A stretch of 64,000 bases of DNA from a bacterium (GTDB lineage: Bacteria; Electryoneota; RPQS01): NCBI GenBank assembly GCA_013360195.1, contig JABWCQ010000004.1, forward strand, positions 43,836-107,835, read 5' to 3'. Below are positions 38,631 to 51,035 of this stretch, piece by piece. Positions within the stretch are counted from its first letter, which is position 1. The number at the start of each line of letters is the position of its first letter. A model generated the notes under the pieces. That model made no database searches. It was given only the letters and a program-made list of their open reading frames with translations, and was not told the DNA's origin. The position numbers were made by a program, and so were the translations under genes.

Positions 38631-41327
38631 ATGGAGGCAAGAATGAAACTCATCCGCTGGGCAGCAATGTTTGTCGCCATGGTGGCGATTCTGCTAAGTG
38701 GCGTCGGTTGTCAGGAAAAGACAAGTACCGGCGGTAATGACGGCACAAGCGGTGAAGTCGGTTCAATTCAGATCGTAACCGGCACAACCAATGACACACT
38801 CGCGTTTCTGCCGAACGACTCGGCATCAACGTCTGTAGTGGTAATCGTAACGGACACCCGCGGCTTGGCTTTGCCCGGGAAAAAGGTTGACATCACGCTC
38901 GCAAATCCGAATCTTGGCGTCATTGAATTTCTGGATACCGAGCTGCTTGACACGACCAACAGCCTCGGCCGCGTGAACTGCATGTTCCGAGTTTACAGTC
39001 AAGCGGGCAATCAGATTATTTCCGCTTCTTCCGGAGGAATTTCCACGAATCGCACGTTGGTGATTCGTGAAGCGGATCAGGAAATCAACTCGGTGACGAT
39101 GATTGTCACGCCTGAGAACATCGAAGCTTCGGAGCTTGAAGACGATTCCGCGAGAGTTGATGTGCGAATTGTTGATTCAGGAAATCGCGGCGTGCCCAAT
39201 GTTGCGTTGAATCTGACGGCGACGGGCGGACTTCTCGTCCAGCCGCCGGTCACTGACGCGTCCGGTCGCACGACGACTTGGTGGTTTAATAACCGTCAGT
39301 TTGGTGAGTTTACGATTTTCGTTCGCGCAGGTTCGTTGCGCGACTCAGCGATTGTAACTGTTGCACAGGTTCCGCGCGAGCTTGGTACGCTGCGTGTGGC
39401 CACCGACAGCCGACTTGTCGAAGCGGACGGTTGTATTACTGCCGCCAATATCACGGCGACGTTAAAGAACGTGTTCGGAGAAGCCGTTCGCGGTGATACC
39501 ATACGTTTCGGAGCACCGGTGTTGGGCGCAGTTCAGCCCTATGCCATTACGGATTCACTTGGTGTCGCCACGGTGAATTTCTGCGGTATGTCCATTCCGA
39601 ATGATCAGGATCCCATTGACTCGTCCATGGTGGTCGCCCGCTATGAGCGCTGGGGTCTTCGCGACACCGTAAATATTCGCATCGTTCCGGCAGCCGGTAT
39701 CGGTGACATTAACCTGTCGGCACCTGCTACGTCGGGAATCGCCGGACGGGACTCGATTCAGCTTAACTTGAACGTCTTCTTCGCCAACGGCACGCGAGTG
39801 AACGGTTACTATGCCAAGTTCCGCGTTACCCAATGCGGAAGCTTCAAGTACGACTCGACACGTCTCGTGGACGGTCGCCCCGATTCCGCGAATTTCTACT
39901 ATCTCTGCACGGCGATACCGCAATCCCCGCCGGAAATCACAGTGGAAGTGGACGGAGTTGTCTCTGAACCTTTGACCATTAATATTAATCCGGGCGATCC
40001 GTCCTATGTCTTCCTGTTTGCGCTTCCGCAAGTTGGAATTGGCGATGTGGTTGACGTACGCGCTGCGGTTGCCGACACGTTTGGTAATCCCGTTCGTGCC
40101 GGAGAAGTGGTGAATTTTACCACGACACTTGGAACCATCACACCTTATGTGAACACGGATGAAACCGGAATTGCGACTGCGAACCTCGCGACAGGAAATT
40201 CATCCGGTATCGGTATTGTTCAGGCCCGTTTGATCAGCGGCGTGGACAGTGCGGTGACGACTCTGATTGTCACGTCAGGTTCAGCGAATCGAGTGGTTAC
40301 CACGTTGAACCCGCCAAGCCTGCTGGCTCGCGGCTCCGGCGGTCAGGACTGGTCCCAGATACAGGCTGAAGCCTATGACGCCAATGGTAATCCGGTGGAA
40401 GACGGCACGTGGGTGACGTTTGAAATTGGACCCAATGCCCCTGCCGGTGTCAATATTAACAACCGTGGCAGTCTGGATTCTTCGCAGACATCAAACGGTG
40501 TTGCCGTAGCGACATTGAATGCAGGAACCGGAACCGGGCCTGTTTCTGTCGTCGCCTGTGTCCGAGTAGCAGGGGGACAGCAAGCTTGCAGTCCGGTTAC
40601 CGGATCGGTGGTAGCGGGACCGCCAGCGGAAATTGACCTTGGACTCGATGAAGTCGGCGAAGATGCCGGCGGCGCCGCGTGGGACGTTGAAATCAGCGCG
40701 CTGGTGAAGGATGCTGTGCAAAACAACGTCATTAACGGCACGGCGGTCTTCTTTGAAGTTGAGCCGGTTGAACTTGCGCAGATTCTGTCGGAGGCCGTGG
40801 TTGTAGGCAATGAAAATGCGGACGGTGATGTCAGACCGGGTGTCGCGTTCACAACACTTCGCTACAACTCACTCGCGACAAACAGCCTCGTTACGGTTTC
40901 TGCACGTACGGCAAACGGTATCGTGGCAACCCAGGACTTCATATTGCCGATTCAAGAGCCGACCATTGTTGTGAACTGCTTGCCGGGTTCGTGGCACTTT
41001 GTGGCGAACGGCAATCCGTGCCGCATAGAGCTTCAAGCAACGGTTCGGGACGGCCACCAAGTCTTGATCAATGGTCAGCAGGTTTACTATGCCGCGAATC
41101 GCGGCCGCATGTGGCCGAATCCGCAGATTCAAGGTCAGCCGATCAGCATGGATTTCACGGGACCGGAGTTCGGTGAACCGGATGGTCAATGCTCTATCTT
41201 CCTTTGTGACTCTGTGAACTTCATTTTCCCCGATGCTTTGACACCGGAAATTCCGGGTGAGGTTCGAGTAGAAGTTGTGGGTTACCAGGACGCAACGGAC
41301 TCACAGGTTATCAACTTCCGCCGCTAA
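38631..41327 (+). CDS. Large (898 aa) surface lipoprotein built from repeated bacterial Ig-like (Big/invasin-type) domains
   Basis: Signal/lipobox 'ILLSGVGC'; repeated ~90-aa modules with 'V.A.V.D..GNPV..G..V.F....G' pattern; real start probably ATG 38643 after GGAGG. Confidence 0.65.
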   Translation: MEARMKLIRWAAMFVAMVAILLSGVGCQEKTSTGGNDGTSGEVGSIQIVTGTTNDTLAFLPNDSASTSVVVIVTDTRGLALPGKKVDITLANPNLGVIEFLDTELLDTTNSLGRVNCMFRVYSQAGNQIISASSGGISTNRTLVIREADQEINSVTMIVTPENIEASELEDDSARVDVRIVDSGNRGVPNVALNLTATGGLLVQPPVTDASGRTTTWWFNNRQFGEFTIFVRAGSLRDSAIVTVAQVPRELGTLRVATDSRLVEADGCITAANITATLKNVFGEAVRGDTIRFGAPVLGAVQPYAITDSLGVATVNFCGMSIPNDQDPIDSSMVVARYERWGLRDTVNIRIVPAAGIGDINLSAPATSGIAGRDSIQLNLNVFFANGTRVNGYYAKFRVTQCGSFKYDSTRLVDGRPDSANFYYLCTAIPQSPPEITVEVDGVVSEPLTININPGDPSYVFLFALPQVGIGDVVDVRAAVADTFGNPVRAGEVVNFTTTLGTITPYVNTDETGIATANLATGNSSGIGIVQARLISGVDSAVTTLIVTSGSANRVVTTLNPPSLLARGSGGQDWSQIQAEAYDANGNPVEDGTWVTFEIGPNAPAGVNINNRGSLDSSQTSNGVAVATLNAGTGTGPVSVVACVRVAGGQQACSPVTGSVVAGPPAEIDLGLDEVGEDAGGAAWDVEISALVKDAVQNNVINGTAVFFEVEPVELAQILSEAVVVGNENADGDVRPGVAFTTLRYNSLATNSLVTVSARTANGIVATQDFILPIQEPTIVVNCLPGSWHFVANGNPCRIELQATVRDGHQVLINGQQVYYAANRGRMWPNPQIQGQPISMDFTGPEFGEPDGQCSIFLCDSVNFIFPDALTPEIPGEVRVEVVGYQDATDSQVINFRR

Positions 41328-41357
41328 GGCAGAGGCGATGATAGATTGAACTAAAGT

Positions 41358-41388
41358 GGCCGGAGCCGGACAAACACCGGCTCCGGCC
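41358..41388 (+). terminator. Hairpin terminator after the Ig-like lipoprotein gene
   Basis: GGCCGGAGCCGG-acaaaca-CCGGCTCCGGCC, perfect 12-bp stem. Confidence 0.7.
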
Positions 41389-41425
41389 CATATTGGACCG
41401 ACGACAGGAAGTATAAAACGAAATT

Positions 41426-43129
41426 ATGCGCGAAAAGCTTGGCGAGATACTGGTTCGTTTGGGCCATATCACATCGCAACAGCTCAATGATGGGCTGACT
41501 CGACAAAAAGAAACCCGTAAGAAGATCGGCGAGACGCTTGTCTCTTTGGGGCATTGCTCTGAGGAAAACGTGTACGCGGCATTGGCGAAGCAGTGGGGAT
41601 TTGAGTATATCCCGGCTGAGACACTGACCGCTAAGAATCCGAACGCACTTGCAGTCGTACCGGAAGGCTTTGCAAAGGAGCACCTTGTCATTCCCTTGGG
41701 GTTGACCGATTCGACGATAATCGTCGCGATGGCCGACCCGGATGACATTGTTGCGGTTGACAATCTCGAGAAATTGTCTGGAAAGCGTGTGGATGCGAAA
41801 TTAGCATCTCCACTGGCAATTTTAAATGCGATTGAGAACTCGTATGAGAAGATTCGCAAGGCGGGTGAAGTAACCGAGGCAATCGGCGATCTGCAATTTT
41901 TTGCGACGTCGGACGAGGACGACGAGAGTCTCGTGGACATGAGCAAGACGGCGGCTGCGGAGGACGCTCCGGTCGTCAAGCTCGTGAACCTGATGCTGCA
42001 GGACGCGATCAAATCGCGCGCGACCGACATCCACATCGAACCTCAGGAAGAATCACTGATTGTGCGCTTCCGTGTTGACGGTGTGTTGGCGGAAGTCATG
42101 CGCCCTCCGAAGGCGTCGCATGCAGGAATCGTCTCACGTATCAAGATTCTGTCAAAACTGAACATTGCCGAGAAGCGTTTGCCGCAGGACGGTCGTTTTA
42201 CGGTGCGGACGGCGGAGAAGGAAATTGACATGCGCGTATCGATCCTTCCGCTTGTGACCGGTGAGAAGATAGTGATGCGTTTGCTGGACAAATCTGCGTT
42301 CGCCTTCAGTTTGGCAACGCTCGGTTTTGTGGAAGAAGACGGTAAGATCTTCCGCCGCTGGATTCGTCAGCCGTACGGCATGGTGATTATTTCGGGTCCG
42401 ACGGGTGCGGGTAAGTCCACGACGCTGTTCGCGGCTTTGAATGAAATCAAGAGTGTCGAAGACAACATTACGACTGTGGAAGACCCGGTCGAGTACCACG
42501 TTCCCGGCGTTAATCAGGTGCAGACCAAGGCAAAAATCGGATTGACATTTGCGGCGGCGCTGCGTTCAATTTTGCGTCAGGATCCCGACAAGCTGTTGAT
42601 CGGCGAAATTCGAGACGAAGAAACGGCGGACATCGCGGTGAAGTTCGCATTGACCGGACACCTTGTGTTCTCAACTGTTCACGCGAACGACGCGCCCTCC
42701 ACAATTACACGATTGTTGGACATCGGTGTTCCGCCGTTCCTATGCGGATCGGTGCTGAACCTTGTGATGGCCCAGCGTCTTGTGCGTCGAATTTGCCAGC
42801 ACTGCAAGGTTGAATACGAACCGGATGAAGCCGAGATGCAGGCGCTGCTGATAGACAAGGACTTCTTGAAGGGAAGAAAGTTTTGGCGTGGTCGCGGCTG
42901 TGCGCAATGCAGGAACACCGGCTACCACGGTCGAACGGGTATTTTCGAGATATTGGAGATGCGCCGCAATATTCGATCGCTGGTATTCGATAACGCCAAT
43001 CAGGACGAGATACGGAATGCGGCCTTGGCGAACGGCATGGTGACGCTGCGCGATGCAGCATTCAAGAAAATATTTGCAGGGGTTACAACCAGTCACGAGC
43101 TCTTGCGCGTGACGGTTCAGGAAATCTAA
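41426..43129 (+). CDS. pilB: Type IV pilus assembly (extension) ATPase PilB/GspE family, with N-terminal T2SSE_N-type domains and C-terminal zinc site
   Basis: 'LGEILVRLGHITSQQLNDGL', 'FEYIPAE', Walker A 'GPTGAGKSTTL', 'EDPVEY', tetracysteine 'CQHC...CAQC'. Confidence 0.9.
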   Translation: MREKLGEILVRLGHITSQQLNDGLTRQKETRKKIGETLVSLGHCSEENVYAALAKQWGFEYIPAETLTAKNPNALAVVPEGFAKEHLVIPLGLTDSTIIVAMADPDDIVAVDNLEKLSGKRVDAKLASPLAILNAIENSYEKIRKAGEVTEAIGDLQFFATSDEDDESLVDMSKTAAAEDAPVVKLVNLMLQDAIKSRATDIHIEPQEESLIVRFRVDGVLAEVMRPPKASHAGIVSRIKILSKLNIAEKRLPQDGRFTVRTAEKEIDMRVSILPLVTGEKIVMRLLDKSAFAFSLATLGFVEEDGKIFRRWIRQPYGMVIISGPTGAGKSTTLFAALNEIKSVEDNITTVEDPVEYHVPGVNQVQTKAKIGLTFAAALRSILRQDPDKLLIGEIRDEETADIAVKFALTGHLVFSTVHANDAPSTITRLLDIGVPPFLCGSVLNLVMAQRLVRRICQHCKVEYEPDEAEMQALLIDKDFLKGRKFWRGRGCAQCRNTGYHGRTGIFEILEMRRNIRSLVFDNANQDEIRNAALANGMVTLRDAAFKKIFAGVTTSHELLRVTVQEI

Positions 43130-43154
43130 CTCAAAGCGACGGGCAAAACAGGCG

Positions 43155-44408
43155 ATGCCGACATACAGTTACGTCATCAAAGACGCTGCGGGCAACCGTC
43201 AGGAAGACAATATCAAGGCCGCGAGCTATGAGGCCGCGGTAGAGGTTCTTCGCCGCAAGGGTGCGGCCCAGATTGTCTCAGTTCGGGAAATCAAGGGAGG
43301 TCTTGCGCTTGACGAGATGAGCGTCGGCGAGCAGTTAAGCCTAGCGGTTTATCGCTGGCGGACGCGCGTTCCTCTCAAGACCCTGGTGTTTTTCACGCGG
43401 CAGCTTTCCACGATGTTCTCCGCGGGTTTGACGATTGAGCGCGCGATTCAGAATTTGCTTCAGGAAGAGCGCAACCATAAGTTCAAGAAAGTGCTTGTAC
43501 AGGTTGCGACGGACCTGAAGAAGGGATACGCTCTGTCCGAGTGCCTCGCCAAGCACCCGGGTGTTTACTCGAATTTGTACGTAGCGCTGGTGCATGCGGG
43601 TGAAGTCTCGGGTAACCTGCACGTAATTCTTGAGCAGCTCTCCGACTATCTGGAATCAGTCGCCGACACGCAGCGAAAGGTCGTTTCAGCGATGTCGTAT
43701 CCCGTGTTTTCGGTGATATTCCTGACGGGAGTGATCTCATTCCTGATGATATTCGTGGTGCCGATGTTCGAGGATGTCTATTCGAAATTCTCGGCTAAAT
43801 TGCCGTTTGCCACGCTGGTGCTGATGAATATTTCGAAGCTGATGGTTAATCAGGCACCGCTGGTCTTTCTCTTTGCGGTGGCGACTATCGTCGGTTTGTG
43901 GGTGCTGACCAAGACGAAGCGTGGCGGTCTAGTTTGGGACAACATGAAGCTGCGCTTTCCGGTTTTCGGTGGGCTGCTGATGTCGTCACTGATGGACAAG
44001 TTTGCGCGTACATTTGGTATTCTAATCGGCTCAGGCGTACCCGTTCTCGAATCTCTTAGTCACTCCATTCGCGTTGTTGAGAACCGAGTGATTGGAAATG
44101 CCTTGCGCGACGCTCAGCACATGATTAAGGACGGCTACGCGATTTCGGTTGCCATGAAGAAAACGGGTGTGTTTCCGCCTATCATGGTACAGCTGATTCA
44201 AACCGGCGAGGAGACCGGTGAAATCAACAAGCTGCTCGAGAAAGTATCAGAATTCTATTCGAAGCAGGTGGATGCCACAATCGGCCGCTTGACATCACTT
44301 ATTGAACCGTTGCTCATCATTTTGATTGGCGGCGTGATTGGTATCATTTTGATTGCAATTTACCTCCCGGTGTTCATGTTGGGCCGCGCGATTCAGTCAG
44401 GTTCGTAA
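43155..44408 (+). CDS. pilC: Type IV pilus inner-membrane platform protein PilC (GspF family)
   Basis: Two GspF repeats ('FTRQLSTMFSAGLTIERAI', 'FARTFGILIGSGVPVLESL'), 3+ TM, 417 aa. Confidence 0.9.
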   Translation: MPTYSYVIKDAAGNRQEDNIKAASYEAAVEVLRRKGAAQIVSVREIKGGLALDEMSVGEQLSLAVYRWRTRVPLKTLVFFTRQLSTMFSAGLTIERAIQNLLQEERNHKFKKVLVQVATDLKKGYALSECLAKHPGVYSNLYVALVHAGEVSGNLHVILEQLSDYLESVADTQRKVVSAMSYPVFSVIFLTGVISFLMIFVVPMFEDVYSKFSAKLPFATLVLMNISKLMVNQAPLVFLFAVATIVGLWVLTKTKRGGLVWDNMKLRFPVFGGLLMSSLMDKFARTFGILIGSGVPVLESLSHSIRVVENRVIGNALRDAQHMIKDGYAISVAMKKTGVFPPIMVQLIQTGEETGEINKLLEKVSEFYSKQVDATIGRLTSLIEPLLIILIGGVIGIILIAIYLPVFMLGRAIQSGS

Positions 44409-44485
44409 GGCACAGGGCTTGCAATTTACGAAGGGTGACTGCATATTGAGGCAGTCACCCTTTTCTTTACAGGGAGGAAGAACAC

Positions 44486-45289
44486 TTGACCGTAGAAACT
44501 CCGTGGGGGCCGTTGCCGGCCGTACCGGTTTTGATTGTGGCTGGTTTCCTGGGCGCATGCTTCGGAAGCTTTGCAAATGTCTTGATTTACAGGCTTCCTG
44601 CCGAGGAGTCACTGCTTCAGCCACCGTCACGCTGCCCGTCGTGTGAACGCCCGATTGCATGGTATGACAACATCCCGGTACTGAGCTGGCTGATCTTGGG
44701 AGGTAAATGCAGAAACTGCAAGACTGCAATTTCAGCGCAATATCCCTTGATTGAAGCGGCCTCGGCAGGGTTGGCGGTGTTTGCAGTGTGGAAGTGGGGT
44801 GCGACCTTCGCAGGAATGGCCCATGGGCTGCTTTTTATCGGGTTATTGGCCCTGACCATCATTGACCTCCGGCATTGGCTGCTTCCGTTCGCCATAACGA
44901 TTCCGCTTACTCTGATCGGCTTCGCAGGGGCGGCCTTCTTCGACATGCTGCCTCTGTCGGAGTCGTTAGTGGGGGCGGCGGTCGGTTTTGGGATATTCCT
45001 CTTGATGTTGCTGGGGGGGAAGTATGTTTTCAAGAAGGAAGCCATGGGAGGGGGCGATGTGGTCTTTGGAGCGATGGCGGGAAGCTTTTTAGGCTGGCAG
45101 TTGACGTTGCTCATGATCTTTGTGGCCTCTGCGCTCGGGACTCTTGTTGCGTTGATTTTATTGACTTTACGAAAGAGCATCATGGACAGGGCGATCCCCT
45201 TTGGTCCATTTCTGGCGGCCGGTTTGGTCGTATGCTTATTCTGGGGGAGGGGCTTTATCGAGGCCTATCTGAAAATGCTCGGTTTCTGA
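44486..45289 (+). CDS. pilD: Prepilin peptidase PilD (A24 family) with N-terminal zinc-ribbon
   Basis: 'CPSCERPIAWYDNIPVLSWLILGGKCRNCKTAIS', multiple TM helices, catalytic-region 'GGGDVVF'. Confidence 0.85.
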   Translation: MTVETPWGPLPAVPVLIVAGFLGACFGSFANVLIYRLPAEESLLQPPSRCPSCERPIAWYDNIPVLSWLILGGKCRNCKTAISAQYPLIEAASAGLAVFAVWKWGATFAGMAHGLLFIGLLALTIIDLRHWLLPFAITIPLTLIGFAGAAFFDMLPLSESLVGAAVGFGIFLLMLLGGKYVFKKEAMGGGDVVFGAMAGSFLGWQLTLLMIFVASALGTLVALILLTLRKSIMDRAIPFGPFLAAGLVVCLFWGRGFIEAYLKMLGF

Positions 45290-45413
45290 AGAAGCACTTG
45301 ACTTTTTAGAAGTTGCTGGGTATTTTATTGTGAACTGCATATAAGCAAATCTCCAAAAATTCACCTGCATAGACACCCTGCGTAACCCGCAGGAGCAAGA
45401 AAGGGAGTAATCC

Positions 45414-47444
45414 ATGATCAAGAAGTACTTGGTTTTGTCTCTTGTGCTGTCGGTTGCCGCGGCAGCATGGGCAGCACCTGCTACCTCCAAGCGTGTGGAT
45501 ACCAGCCACAAGACGCCTGTAGTCGGAAATGCAACTGAGGTAAACCACACACAGACGGCGGTTAGCCGTATCCCGGACGCGTCCCGGTTGGACGTCATCG
45601 GTGACCTTTATCAAGCCGGCACGACCTACTACGACTACCAGCACAACGGTACTGTTGGCCGCATGGTTGGCGTGGACGCAAATGGATTCGTTCATGTCGT
45701 TTGGATGAACGGACTCGATGAGTCATTTGCACAGCGCGATGCCTACTACAATTGCTGGGATCCGAACACGGAAGACTGGCAGGAACTCATTCCGGACGGC
45801 GGTGTAGCCGCTAATACGGTTCGTGCCGGTTATGTCACAAACACCGTCCTGCCGAACGGTTTTGCGTTCCCGTCGTTTCACTCTACTCCTCCTGGTGAGT
45901 CAGTATTGACGACACATGCGTCCATCGACTTCCAAGGAGCGGCAGGAGCATTTACACCGTTTTGGCAGAATCCGTTTGGCGCAAATCAAGTGATTTGGCC
46001 GAAGATTGTCCGTGACGACGACGGCACCTTGCACGGTGTTTCGACCTCGGATCCGGATACCGATCAGGGCTACCATTACTGGAAAGCGACCCCGATTTAT
46101 GACTCGGGATTCGGTATTGAGATTCAGTTCACGACATTTGGCACGGGCGACCAGTATCAAGTTCTGGGCAACGGTGAAGTGATTGCTCCGGACGTTGCGG
46201 CATCACCCGTATCGAATCGTGTTGCGGTCGTGTTTAATGATTCGCGCGGTGGTGAAGGCGGAATTACGCAGATCAACAACGACCTCAAGCTGGTGATTTC
46301 AGAAGACGGCGGAATGAACTTCGCTCCGCCGATCGACTTGACGGACTGGATTGAGCCGGACTTTGATTGCGCATCGGGCGACACGATTGCCTGCAACGGC
46401 GATACCCTTCGTCCCTACACCTGCCTTGACGTTGAATTTGACTACAACGACAACATTCACGTCGCTTTCACGACCCGCACGCTGTATGAATTCGGTTATC
46501 CGGGTTACGACGCTCCGCCGACGGCCTTCATCAACATGTCCAGCATTTGGCACTGGGGTGAGGACACGGACGAGTTTTCCAACATCGTGAATCACAATCA
46601 GTTTGCGACTTTCTCGAATGGCGACAGCTTGCTAGGCGACAACGCGTGGCAGTTGATGGTTCAGCGTCCGAGCATGGCATTTGACACGCTGAACGGCGGC
46701 GATGACATGTACTGCTCATTCATTTGGCACGATTCCTCACAGTATTCGGCGAACTACTACATGAGCGCCGATATCTGGGTTGCCTATTCCTGCAATAACG
46801 GCCGTACGTGGTTTGAACCTATCAACGTGACCAACACGGTGACTCCGGTTGGCGCAGCGCCGGGTGAGTGCCTGCATGAACGTGATCAGTCGCTGGCTCC
46901 GCTGGTGACCTATGACGGTGCAGAAGGCTTCCTACATCTTGAATACGTATTGGATACGGATGTCGGCGGTGTTCCGCAGACTGAAGGTGCCACGACGTTA
47001 AACAACGTATACTACCAGCGCATACCGCTTGCGGATCTTGAGTTCACAACGCCGCATCCGTATAACACGGTGACGCTGCATGTTGACGGAAGCCAGCACA
47101 CAGGCACTGGTGCGGTTCCGTTTGATCCGAACAATCTTTGCGCGACGTCTGTTGGCCGCGGCGGCGAAGGCATACCGACGGCGTTCCAGCTGTTCCAGAA
47201 CTACCCGAACCCGTTCAACCCGTCCACGAACATTCAGTTTGATCTTGTGAATGCATCCAAGGTTACGCTGAAGGTTTACAACGTGCTGGGAGAAGAGGTT
47301 GCCACACTTGTTGACGGCGAAGCGTTGTCAGCAGGTGCTCATACTTACGCGTTTGATGCTTCAAGGCTTGCGAGCGGCGTCTACATGTACCGTCTCGAGG
47401 CCAATGGAGTTTCCGCAACGCGCAAGATGATGCTCATGAAGTAA
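45414..47444 (+). CDS. Secreted BNR/sialidase-like beta-propeller protein with C-terminal T9SS sorting domain (Por_Secre_tail)
   Basis: Signal peptide; BNR-like 'SEDGGMNF', 'SCNNGRTWF'; C-terminal domain 'FQNYPNPFNPSTNIQFDL...VKVYNVLGEEVATL...GVYMYRL'. Confidence 0.8.
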   Translation: MIKKYLVLSLVLSVAAAAWAAPATSKRVDTSHKTPVVGNATEVNHTQTAVSRIPDASRLDVIGDLYQAGTTYYDYQHNGTVGRMVGVDANGFVHVVWMNGLDESFAQRDAYYNCWDPNTEDWQELIPDGGVAANTVRAGYVTNTVLPNGFAFPSFHSTPPGESVLTTHASIDFQGAAGAFTPFWQNPFGANQVIWPKIVRDDDGTLHGVSTSDPDTDQGYHYWKATPIYDSGFGIEIQFTTFGTGDQYQVLGNGEVIAPDVAASPVSNRVAVVFNDSRGGEGGITQINNDLKLVISEDGGMNFAPPIDLTDWIEPDFDCASGDTIACNGDTLRPYTCLDVEFDYNDNIHVAFTTRTLYEFGYPGYDAPPTAFINMSSIWHWGEDTDEFSNIVNHNQFATFSNGDSLLGDNAWQLMVQRPSMAFDTLNGGDDMYCSFIWHDSSQYSANYYMSADIWVAYSCNNGRTWFEPINVTNTVTPVGAAPGECLHERDQSLAPLVTYDGAEGFLHLEYVLDTDVGGVPQTEGATTLNNVYYQRIPLADLEFTTPHPYNTVTLHVDGSQHTGTGAVPFDPNNLCATSVGRGGEGIPTAFQLFQNYPNPFNPSTNIQFDLVNASKVTLKVYNVLGEEVATLVDGEALSAGAHTYAFDASRLASGVYMYRLEANGVSATRKMMLMK

Positions 47445-47484
47445 TCTGGCTGGAACACAGTTAGATTCGGTTTGAGTCCTTGTA

Positions 47485-47518
47485 GGGGCCGGGTGTGAAC
47501 CAAAGCGCACCCGGCCCT
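47485..47518 (+). terminator. Hairpin terminator after the T9SS cargo gene
   Basis: GGGGCCGGGTG-tgaaccaaagcg-CACCCGGCCCT. Confidence 0.6.
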
Positions 47519-47602
47519 AATACTTTAAGTGATACAGACAATTGCAAGAGATGATCGCCGGGCAGTGTCGCAAGTGGTGTTGCTAATAAAACTACTACAT
47601 AA

Positions 47603-49741
<2,139 letters not shown>

Positions 49742-49749
<8 letters not shown>

Positions 49750-51034
49750 AGTTGTTCACAAATACATTGCTCCGCAATGGCTGACGAGCAAGAGACTTGT
49801 TGTTTTCGAAGACCAGTTCACTGCCGGCCACCTGTTTCCTTTGAACGTGCTCCGTCCGTCCTGGGAAATCCGGTCAGGACTCGGGTCCCTTGGGCAGTGG
49901 CTGGCCGAGCTTCGCCTCGCGGGCTACTCCGTGTCCCTCCGACCTCGTTCTTCACTTACTCTGCGCTCCCGAGAACTGGCGGGATTTGACGACGATTGGC
50001 CAAGCGAGCAGGAACCCATCGTCTTCCTGAATGGGCGAGTCTTGCACCTTCCTGCCACCAAGACTCCACTGCCTGAAGCGGTTGTCGACTCGTTTGGACA
50101 AGTCCTTTGGGCGAAGCTGGACGGGAAAACCGTTTCAGAATTGTCAGGATCATCAGGAACCCTGCTTGCGGAATCGCTCGTTAAAGTAATACGGGCGAGT
50201 GCTGAGATTTCCACATTTGGCGGGGAAGCTGCCCACTTCATATGGGATTACATGGCCCTTAACCAGAAACTCCTTGCTGTAGGGATGGCGGGTGAGTACA
50301 AAGAGTTAATGGGTTCAGGAAACCTCGAGGTCTCTGGCGGTGTCCAAATAGTAGGGACTCCAATGGTTTTCGCTGGTGACGGCACTGTGGTGATGCCCGG
50401 AGTTGTATTTGACACGACGGAAGGGCCTGTTTGGATTGGCCGGGATACGGTCATTGAACCGCATTGTTACCTCAAGGGCCCTCTTGCACTAGGTGATCAC
50501 TGCCGGGTTAAGGCGGGAGCTGCAATATATGGTGCAAGCACGTTCGGCCCGCATTGCCGAATCTCAGGGGAAATCAGCGCGAGTGTCATGCAGGGCTATT
50601 GCAACAAACAGCATTCAGGTTTTCTTGGCAATAGTCACCTTGGAGAATGGGTAAATTTGGGCGCAGACACCACCGTTTCAAATCTCAGAAATGACTACGG
50701 CAATGTCAAAGTGAAAGTGAATCAGAAACTTGTGGACAGCGGCAGGCAATTCGTTGGACTGATTTGCGGGGACCACACGAAGACAGGAATAAACACCATG
50801 TTCAATACTGGGTCGGTGGTGGGCATAGGGTGCAACGTTTACGGGGGCGGCTATCCGCCTCGGTTTATAAGAAGTTTTTCATGGGGCGGCAGCGACGGTT
50901 TTCATGTTGAACCGTTTGAGCGAACTGCAGAATCAGCCAGGCTGGTGATGAGTCGTCGGGGCCGGAATTTAACAGAGGCAGAGATCGAGCTAATGAAAGA
51001 GCATTACTCGAACATCGTCAAGCAGGAGAATTAG
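49742..51034 (+). CDS. Putative sugar-phosphate nucleotidyltransferase/acyltransferase with left-handed beta-helix (LbH) repeats (alternative GlmU-like)
   Basis: C-terminal hexapeptide repeats ('IGRDTVIEPHCYLKG', 'GDHCRVKAGAAIYGA', 'GPHCRISGEIS'); N-terminal region weakly nucleotidyltransferase-like. Confidence 0.45.
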
Positions 51035-51035
51035 A

